DNA of 64,000 nucleotides from Oculina patagonica (Eukaryota): NCBI RefSeq assembly GCF_052425735.1, contig NC_135763.1, positions 29,326,001 to 29,390,000 of the forward strand, read 5' to 3'. Shown piece by piece: positions 55,208 to 64,000 of this stretch (position 1 is its first letter; each line of letters starts with the position of its first letter). The notes under the pieces were generated by a model. It saw only the letters and a program-made list of their open reading frames with translations, ran no database searches and was not told where the DNA came from. The position numbers and the translations under genes were made by a program.

Positions 55208-57335
55208 GTTCGTCCTTCATTGAAAGTTAATTTGAAGTAAAATAATGTGCCGGAAAAAAAATGCACTAAAGAACTTGCTAAACTAGAATATAACGTGTAG
55301 GTACAAATTGTTTTTTTAACCGGCAGAAGAAAATTAAAATCGAGAAGAGTCAAGTAAACCTCTCACAAGTCAAACCTTCGATTCAACCTCGTTCCTAGGG
55401 TGTCTCTCTCCCCGCCCCCAAGAGCTTGACCTTTGATTGTGTAATTTGCTCGAATGATAACGAAACAAATTGGACTTCATTCAGGCCCTGTCCACATTAA
55501 ACCGGGTGAATTTGAGAACGAAGAAATTTGAAAACGCCTTATATAATGTTTCTTCGTCTTCATTAATCCCGATGAAGTTGAAAACTATGGGCTTCATCGC
55601 AGGCAGAGTTGCAACGTATGACACCCATAAGAAAGTCATTTGTTTTGACAGAGATCAAATGATTATTTGACCTCGCGTTTTTGAGAAGCTTTGATCTCGC
55701 TATCCACACAAGTGCGTTTTCAAATCTATTCACTTTGGAGAGCGTTAGTGTGGCTGTAGTGTTTCTCTTTTTCATCTTTTTTTGCCTTTAGAAATCCATA
55801 ATAATTCCAGACAATTACCAAATGTGTGGTCAAATGACTGATATGTAGATATGAAGTATATCCGCTTTTTATGACTACCCATAAGAAAGTCTGTACTGTA
55901 TAATTCAATATCATATTGCTGAATTTATGTTATCCTTGTCTTTTTTGCAGGAGGCTGAACATGCAAGATGCAGATCACTGTATTTATTTGGGATTCCTTT
56001 TGCTTCACTTTTGGGAATAAATTGGGCTTCTTACTCTTATAAGTAATTATGTTGTTTGATCGTGTAATGGATTATCAACTTATATATATAGATGTAGCTA
56101 AGCCTAAAAGCGGAGCTCCACATATTTCTGGCCCTTAAATTTTGTGAAAATACTCTCATTGAAAAAAAAAAACTGTTAGTGAATTTATTAAAAATATACT
56201 GTTGAAAAAAGGATCCATAGCCGAAATAAATCGTCAACTCGAATACCAATCGCAGAATTTGCGCTTACCAACTCCTCTGACTACCCTGGACAAAAAAAGT
56301 AAGACATGGCGGATGCAAGATAGCGATCCAAGATGGCGGCTGCTTTAACATTATAATGTAATTGTCACGTGTTGTGACGTCTTCATCCCACGTGACAACG
56401 TCCTACGTGACAAAATCCCACGTGATTGTTTTAATATTCTATAAGTTACGAACCCCCCCCCCCCCCCACCCCCGCACGGTAAGAGAAGTTCCAAAAAAAC
56501 CCGGTCTGAATAGGATTACGGTCATACCCATTACAAGGAGGCAGCGTGACGGGGGGTGGGGGGGGGGGGGGGAGTTAGGGCGCTGGTGTTGTAATCCGGA
56601 GGTTCCAGGTTCAAACCCTCCACTCTCACTCTGGCTGGATTTGTTCTCAGTCCTATCGAGGTCACATCATCGGTCACACTTTGTATTTAGCCAACTCAGT
56701 GGTCTGTCACCTGCCAGTTGGGATTTTTAACAATGTTATGTTGTATTTGAAATCTTCGTTTCCTCTGTTTCAGTGGCATGCCTGTAAACTAGCTATCTCG
56801 TAGAGATATGAAGCCAAGTGCATGATCACTATAAACAACGTTTAAGTACTTATTTGTTCATTTTTTACCGGGGTGATTCCTTTGCTGACATTTAGTCTCT
56901 GATCTATAAGAAGCCCAGTAAGTTACTATATCCCTTTTATAAATGGACGTTTTGTCAAAACAGAGAAACGTGTTATTCCAAATTATTTCTTCTTTGCTAG
57001 CGTTTCTCTTTTAAATTTGACAAGGCGGCTTAAAAACGTGCATTGTAATTTACCGGTAAGCGGAAATTTAGGGTTAGAAATTAAAAAAAAAATGTAAAAT
57101 TAGAAAAGAATGGCAAGTACTGAATTTTCCAAGAATTAAGCATGTCCCTCTTTTTGCACTAGTCGTATACTGGATATCTAACATATATTTTTAGTCCGTC
57201 ACGTCTGACGTAATCTTTCTCCTGTCAAAACTGAAATTTTAAGAATAAAGTAGTCAGTGAATAGTTCGTCTGTAATGCTTTATTTACTACATTTCTACTA
57301 AAGAAGCTTTGTTTTTCTTTTTTTCACTTTCAGCT

Positions 57336-57936
57336 TCAACCTACGGAATAAAAAAATAAAACGGGAAAAAATGATCGATGTTTACAAAACTAAAGGAACC
57401 CTCTATTCAAAAAATTTGTTGAACAGATTTGATCAAACAATCATAAAAAGTACCAATGCCTACCAAACAATCGCTTGAACAAATCTCATAACTCATTACT
57501 TTCAGTTACCAATGAGCGATTCTCCACAGATGTGGCGACCTTTCACCCTGAGTGAAATCTGCCAGGGCCAGGAGTTTGGCTGGGCATTTTCGCCATTCAC
57601 GACTCTACTCGAAGCTGGCTTAATTTCACAACCTGTAAAATTTGGCGTCAATGTACATGAGCATGATGGATGTTTATCATGAGTGCCATTATAAGTTATA
57701 GAACCTGTTCCAGCTATTTTAATTTGAACTTAATCACGTTCAAGCAAGTTGGTAGGATACAAAACAAAAATGTGGCAGGTAGAAGTGGCAGTGATTTGTT
57801 ATCAGTACACGTATACAATGTAGGTCACCGCAAAACTGTAACAAAACAAAAACAGTAACAAATGTAGTGGGACTCCCTTACCATGGGAGTATGAAACTCC
57901 AAGTAGCAAAATCGCGACTCCGATCCACAGATTCAT
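57336..57936 (-). pseudogene. Internally deleted S1A protease gene (60-aa remnant ORF, no catalytic residues)
   Basis: Exons 57936-57882 (MNLWIGVAILLLGVSYSH-G), 57632-57510 (CEIKPASSR|[31 protein letters not shown]), 57340-57336 (G*). 57195-57513 is collinear with 60335-60639, the 3' UTR region of the neighbouring ShKT-ending gene. Confidence 0.8.
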
Positions 57937-58213
57937 CTTGAAGAAACGATCTTCAAAGTGGAGAAACATTTGTTTTATAGTCTGCAAGATTATTTTAGTC
58001 ACTGCTCACCTGGTTCACCTGTTCAAACACTACTGTTAAAAGCGGCTGCTTTAACTCTGATATCTTTACTTAACGTAATGCTGGCGCCCTTTTATTGTGA
58101 GCAGACTTTAAGCTGCCAATCTAATGTCAAAACGTCACATTTGATATTTTAATGCTTACGTTAGGACTTGCGCAGTTTAGTTCCTTTGTAGTACGACTGG
58201 GCGTATAGGACAT

Positions 58214-58389
58214 TAGAGAGCTAAGCACGACGTTTGAGCCACGGACGCACTGAAAAGCAATGTTAGTTTCAGTGAACATCCCAAAAATGTGTGGAAAGCC
58301 TCGTCAATGCTGACAAAGTCGGACGAGCAAGACGAGAACGTCCACTCCGGTAGCCGTCGTGACCAAAACGTCTGTGCTTGAGCTCTCTA
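58214..58389. mobile_element. Degenerate MITE related to the 5804 element
   Basis: TAGAGAGCTAAGCACGACGTTT ... AAACGTCTGTGCTTGAGCTCTCTA. Confidence 0.6.
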
Positions 58390-59767
58390 TTAGCATAAAA
58401 ACCTTCACCCTATTTACAGTGTCGAAATCGTTTTTCACCTTAAAATGCCGCTATCATTCGTACGGAATCTGGTCAAAATAAAACAGCGAGAGCAATATAA
58501 AAATTACAAACATCCTCTTTCCATTATAAAAACAATTATAAGTACTAAGAATGATTGGTAAAAACTGAAAATTAAGATTCTTGTTTACATAGTTCAAACA
58601 ATAACTCTACAACAGTGGAACCCGAATAACGATCTGAAAAGATACTCCCGAAAACGATGAAATGAGGTCCCGGCAAAAGAAAATGAGGGACGGAACCCCG
58701 AAAACGACCGAACGATATTTACGCCCCTTGGATCGATATCGGGGTTCCACTGAAGTAAACTTGAGAAAAAAAGGGGCGTGTCAATCGGAAACTGAAGTCC
58801 GGCCCCTTTCCATATTTTAATACTTAAGTTGTTTACGAGTTTAGAAAATTGTGTCAACAGTTACTGTTTAAGCTTAATTCAAAAGAGTATTTGCGTACTT
58901 AGTTTGCTCAATTAAAAAAGTACAATTGCTATAGACATGTACAATAGCTACAAAGTTCTCGTCACGTGCAGATCGTGAGAACATAAGGTCAAGCCTTCAT
59001 TACTAGACAAGTATCGCCAAATACTAGTGACTAAAAACAACTTAGGTCAAAAAGCAAGTTATTCCAGGAAGGAATCCTAAATGACCACAATCTTAGGTAA
59101 AAAAGATCAAGACCTAACTAGTCTTTAACAAGCAAACACGTTTTGGTAACAATAATTGATAGTGCTGGTTTCTTCGAAACAATAAAGCTACTGCCAAATA
59201 TGAAATTGCCTTGACGTTCAGCAAGGCTGTTGCAGAAGATATGTAACAAGAAACTTTGATTCTCAGTACAAGATCGTACACTCTCTCTAAAAGATAACAC
59301 TTCAACATAACTGTACTTAATTTCAATCGCACAACAAAATTACAAAATGATACAAGAAAAAATTAACAACAAAATAGGTGTTCGATGATGAAAACAACTC
59401 CATAAAAGAGGTCATGAATTATGAGTGTATTATGCGAAAAATAAAATTGTTATGCAAATTTGCAAAACAATTTTATTTTTTGTTCATCTTTAGCCACTAT
59501 CTTGTTGACATTTAAGCTACTGACTTTTCCGTATCCTTAGTACAATTGGGAAACACTCATAAAAACTTACTTGAAGTCATTCCGTATTGAAAAACAAATT
59601 TGCTTCCGACCACCGAAACGGACGACTTCTCATTGGCCAGTTTTTTTAATTGCGAGTTCTAGATCTCTTCTTAACAGTTGAAATACCTGGAACGGCGCGG
59701 GATCAATCATTATTGGATCATTCGATTAGCTTTAAGCAAAGTCCAGCACTCTGATTGGAATCGAAAA

Positions 59768-60135
59768 TACCGTATTCATTCGATTGAACACCGCGGCATT
59801 CATTAATTTTTTTTGTGATTCGCGTGTGGCGTTTATACGAGGGCGGCGTTTATTTATAATTCAATTTGTTTCTTGCTAACAATAGTGTTAGGGTGGAGGG
59901 CTTGAACCAGGGACCTCTGGATTTATACACGAGCGCCTTTTACCACTCGGCCACGCTGCCTCCTTGTAATGAGTATAACCTTTATACTCCACTGGCATCA
60001 CCGAACGATGTTTCTTTCTCGTGAGTACCATATTTATTCGATTAAACGCCTCCCTTGAATTAGTGAATTATATTACGCCACTCATTATGGCAGAAATATA
60101 AATAAACGCCGCCCTCAAATAAACGCCGCACTGAT
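59768..60135. mobile_element. pogo-like MITE fragments with a nested SINE head
   Basis: TACC(G/A)TATT.ATTCGATT.AAC at 59768 and 60026; GGCGGCGTTTATT / AATAAACGCCGCC inverted motifs. Confidence 0.5.
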
Positions 60136-60809
60136 GTATTTAAATAATAGAGTGACAAGAGCAAACTCAAGTTTAAGTTCAAATCCTCGGCAGGGACGGC
60201 GGAGCCTGGGGGCAGGGGGGAGGGGGGTGCGTGCTTTAGACCTGTTTCGTAATGAATTGGGTAATTGTCCAAGAAATAAACAGTTCCTCTAAGCCATATG
60301 CTCGATTTCAAAGATATATATTTGAGTCCGCCGCGGTCATGTCTGACGTTATCTTTCTCATGCCAAAAGTGAAGCTTAAACTAAGAAAGTAGTCAGTGAA
60401 TAGTTCGTTTTCAATGCTTTATTTACTACATTTTTACTAAAGAATCTTTGTTTTTTCTTCTTTACTTCGGCTTCAACCTACAGCGAAAGAAAAAACAAAA
60501 TAGGAAAAAAATCATGCATGATTACAAAACTAAAGGAACCAACTATTCAATAATCTATTTGTTGATCAGATTAGATCACAAAAAATAAAAAGCATCAATG
60601 CCTTAAAAATCTCATAACTCATCACCTTAAGTTACCAATTCCATAAATGAATACTACATTTTAAGTATCTAAAAGAAGTAATGGTGGCCACTTCGACTCG
60701 TTGTGCGTAACAACCTCTCTCACCCACCCCCCCCCCCCCCCCACTCAAACCCCCGCGCCCCGAAAAAAAAAAAGAAGATAAAACAACGGGCTTATAAACT
60801 AACCTTTAA

Positions 60810-61770
60810 TTAGCAAAGCTTGCATGTTTTCTTGCAGTTTGCTCGTACCCAAGAATGGTAGCTGCAGTAGCGAGTCCAGTATCTACAATGCGAGTGGTTG
60901 TCTACACAACCTGGTAAAAATCAATGTAAAAAATAAATACAAACAATATAATATATTAAATGTCGCATATGATACAAAAGCATAACGTATGTCATTTTCA
61001 AGCTACCTGTGGAGAACGTAAGATCGTTTATTTTCTTACAGCGAACGTTGCCGTTGTCACAAAGACCAAAAGAAAGAAATGTCGCCCGAAAAGTCGCAGC
61101 GAATTGTCGAAGTGAGCGAAATATCGCAGCGAAATATTTGATAGCATAAGCTAGCATATAGCCAAATAAAGGAAAGAGATGCTTGATTTTGTAATGTTTC
61201 GATTGACAACCATGTAATGTATTTATTTATTTTTTCTTTATTTTTTCTTAATTTTTTATTTTTTGCAATCCGATATTTGGGACAGTTAACTTCGTACGAA
61301 AAGCAAATATCGTTGAGTTATAAGTGGCAGTTCATGTTACAACAATACTTAACTATTAACACACTGCTAAAGAGCTGAAATAAGCGACAAATACCAGGGA
61401 CCAGAATAATTGCCTGGGGGCAAAATAAGACCCGCCGTGACTTCAGGTATCTTACGGTTAACTATTGCTTCATGCTAAATCTTCGGATACAATTACAGTC
61501 AAAATACTCAGCGGGTGCCGCTTAGAATTGCAGAATAGATTTGATTAACAGCAAACGGATTGCATTATTCGTTTCAAACATTCAAATTTAATTTAAATAT
61601 TGTAGATCATCCAACCGTGAGCACGTGAACACGTGAACATGCCAAAAATTAACCAATTCAAAGCGGCACACGCTGAGTATTTTGACTGTAAATGCCTTCA
61701 CTTTGACGTTTTAAATTGGAAAGAAATCGCTTTTACTCACTTGCACCGCCGCCTCCGCCACTGCTACCTC
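60810..61770 (-). CDS. 3' end of a gene ending in a Gly/Ser linker + ShKT domain (probably a serine protease-ShKT; 5' exons lie beyond the window)
   Basis: Micro-exon 61770-61741 (GGSSGGGGGA, AG/GTGAGT, phase 1) and exon 60910-60810 (S-CVDNHSHCRYWTRYCSYHSWVRANCKKTCKLC*). Probable UTR exons 60668-60636 and 60477 to about 60400 with AATAAA. Protease identity is inferred from the paralog at 57336-57936. Confidence 0.85.
61496..61688. mobile_element. Tc1/mariner-type MITE
   Basis: TA-CAGTCAAAATACTCAGCG ... CGCTGAGTATTTTGACTG-TA. Confidence 0.85.
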
Positions 61771-61911
61771 CTAAAATGAAATAACGTGTGTTCAGTGAAC
61801 TTTAAAGGACAATTACCACCATTTTCAAGATAATAGCCCCTTCCAGTAAATTAGAATAACAAAAACAGATTTAATCGCCTAAAAAATAAAATCCGGATTT
61901 CTTTAATGCGA

Positions 61912-62079
61912 ATTGCTGGTTTGAAGCTGACGTCACAGCAGCCATGTTGGATGACAGGAACAAAGCGTTCTCCTTCGTTGGAAACTAAACTTTTTTATTA
62001 TGCAAATTCCGCAAAAACATGTTTTATTGTTTTGTCATCCAACATGGCCGCCTTGTCACGTGGTTGCAAATCAAGAATA
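61912..62079. mobile_element. Short MITE
   Basis: Imperfect inverted ends with GCCATGTTGGATGAC / GTCATCCAACATGGC. Confidence 0.6.
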
Positions 62080-62254
62080 CACATGAACTCTGAGAATGAA
62101 TGCTGACGACAAACAAAAGAATAAGACTTACATCGCCGAAGCAAATTACGTGCAAACAGACATGTTTGAACACCGTTGTTGCTGTTACATCGTTAATTCC
62201 CAAACTATGTGTGAACTCTACCTACATTAGTTGATTATGGATACAGCTCTTTAA

Positions 62255-62815
62255 AGGTCAAATGAACAGAAATTTCGACTTTTATTTATTTTTGGCCCAT
62301 GATTTACTAAGAGCCGTATAAACATATCCCGAAGTTTCAAAGTATTTGGATATTGCATTGCAGAGATATTGCAAGCTGAAAAATGTTTTGTTAGGCTTTC
62401 ATAATCGTAGAGTGCTCGGAAAAAAAATGTCGGATAGTTGCCGGAAATAAAAACTTGTGACGTCATAATTGGTGTTTCTGAAGACGACCCCAAATCGATT
62501 CCGCAGACCGCACCATACAATTTGAATAAATGTGTTTAGAGACATTTCAAGCAGTTATTTCGTTCTGTTCGGCCGTTTTTCAGTTGATTGATTGTCGGTT
62601 GTTGTTCAGAGATGCCCACTTTTTTAAATTAAATAGCTAAAGCTCAAAATAGCTTTAAGTTCTGTTTGCTATTGTTTTGCATATCATGTAAGACATAGGT
62701 AAAATGCACGCTGGTATGAAAGTATATTGTTCTTTCTCATTTCCATTTAACGTTAATGAACAATTATCTGCATGTGCGTTAACTCTGCACGTGCGTTTTG
62801 AATCTTGGTACACTT

Positions 62816-62866
<51 letters not shown>

Positions 62867-63525
62867 TTTATTGATATTCTTACATGACAGTCTAAAAACT
62901 GAATTGCGTAAAAATTTACAGAGATAAATTATTAAAAATACAACTATTAAAATCTATTATAACTATATTAAAAAATACAACTATTAAAATCTATTATAAC
63001 TATATTAAAAATTTGACATAGAAGGAAAAAAACTATGTTTAAGACGTTCTCTGCCGAACAACAACGTGGAATGACGAAATTCGGCGTATTTTGGATAATG
63101 TCAGCCACGACGGCTAGTTTTTGGTTTTTCTATGTGGGGTTGAACGCATTCAGCGGGATATTTTTCTTAAAAAGATAAATAAGCAGAATACGTCCGGAAT
63201 TTTGCGAGATTCTTAAGTAAAATAAAAAATCATTTCTCACCAGACGTTGTCGTTGACGTTGCTGTCGGTGCGGTCTGCGGAATCGGTCTGCAGGTCATCT
63301 TCAACAACACCAATTATGACGTCAAAAACTCGTTTCATTCCTTCCATTTCAATGCGCAGTCATTCAAAAACTTTTTCGTGAAGCCTTCGGAAATCTTCGT
63401 ATTGTCTGCTGAAGTTCACACTTTATGGCTCGGAAAGCAATTTTTTCTTAATTTTTCTCAATAATGGATAGTTTTAGCGTCTGGTTGGTTAAAATGACAT
63501 TTTGAAATTTCTGTTCATTTGACAT
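62255..63525. mobile_element. Kolobok-like non-autonomous element containing other repeat fragments
   Basis: TTAA-AGGTCAAATGAACAGAAATTTC ... GAAATTTCTGTTCATTTGACAT-TTA. Another TTAA-AGG-started element begins near 63664 and leaves the window. Confidence 0.65.
62816..62866. repeat. (GATA)n microsatellite
   Basis: About 12 perfect TAGA units. Confidence 0.95.
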
Positions 63526-64000
63526 TTATTTCTGGTGATACATCAACCTGTGAAATTCTTAAAGAAGAATGGCTTCTAAGGACATAACACAAATAAATTA
63601 TTATAGAGAAAAGAGAATTATAGAGGGGGCGGTATGTAGTAACATTATTTTTACTTAAATCTGTTAAAGGAGAAGTTCACTCCAGAATGGCCATTAATTT
63701 TTTTTACACCAATAAAAAGTTTATGCAAAGATATGTTATTCACCAAAATTTCAGCTTCTAACGAGCGCTAGCTTAAACCCTACGAAATCCTTTTCTGAAG
63801 TAGCCCAAAACTCGACAACTGAACGCCGCCATCTTGGAGCTGTTAATGTATGCGTGACGTCAAAGAGCTCAGCCTGAAGTTGAGCGGGAAAATTTTAATT
63901 ACTTCAAACTGCTTGTTTCTTTGTAGTGGCTTTTGTTTGTCAAAATGCCTGTTTGTGCAGCTCCATTTTGCTTAAACAGAGCTCCAAGAAATACAAAAGA

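Larger units (their letters stand above)
47800..56035 (+). repeat. Older tandem duplication carrying the two double-ShKT genes (about 47800-51960 vs 53320-56035)
   Basis: Collinear similarity of promoter, exons, introns, a shared intronic MITE remnant (AGGCCCTGTCCACA at 51292 and 55483) and the 3' UTR exon. Confidence 0.85.

Noticed and set aside
62125-62190. Additional minus-strand exon upstream of the Gly micro-exon (GTAAGT donor-like site)
   Set aside because: Phase does not fit and the translation resembles neither protease nor ShKT.

Overview
AT-rich eukaryotic genomic DNA with GT-AG introns. The repeat content and gene families point to an anthozoan cnidarian, probably a stony coral; this is inference. 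The window is a tandem cluster of secreted-protein genes, most missed or only partly caught by the ORF track, that I rebuilt from splice sites. (1) A minus-strand gene encoding signal peptide + chitin-binding type-2 domain + S1A serine protease, cut by the window start. (2) Plus-strand chymotrypsin/elastase-like S1A proteases at 10005-13961 and 42007-46081. (3) A gene at 24663-34631 whose three protease exons are tandemly duplicated in frame, so it could encode a two-domain protease with a remodelled S1 pocket (W215L, G216R, Q192K). (4) An intact 87-aa secreted double-ShKT peptide gene (54075-55207) and its pseudogenised twin (48876-50630). (5) A minus-strand protease gene collapsed by internal deletion (57336-57936). 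(6) The 3' end of a minus-strand gene ending in a Gly linker + ShKT domain (60810-61770). Every coding intron I could place is phase 1, and five genes share a 55-nt signal-peptide exon, so the cluster looks like a snapshot of exon-module shuffling between proteases, ShK toxin-like domains and a chitin-binding domain. Upstream of the plus-strand proteases are ~410-bp tandem arrays, made of promoter + dead exon-1 copies in two genes and of an overlapping upstream segment in the third. Introns and spacers hold tRNA-derived SINEs, many MITEs, a 3.2-kb TIR element with a 9-bp TSD, Penelope-like GIY-YIG relics with a hammerhead motif, a Helentron/DINE-1-like insert and a tRNA-like repeat. All gene models are sequence-only predictions without transcript support.
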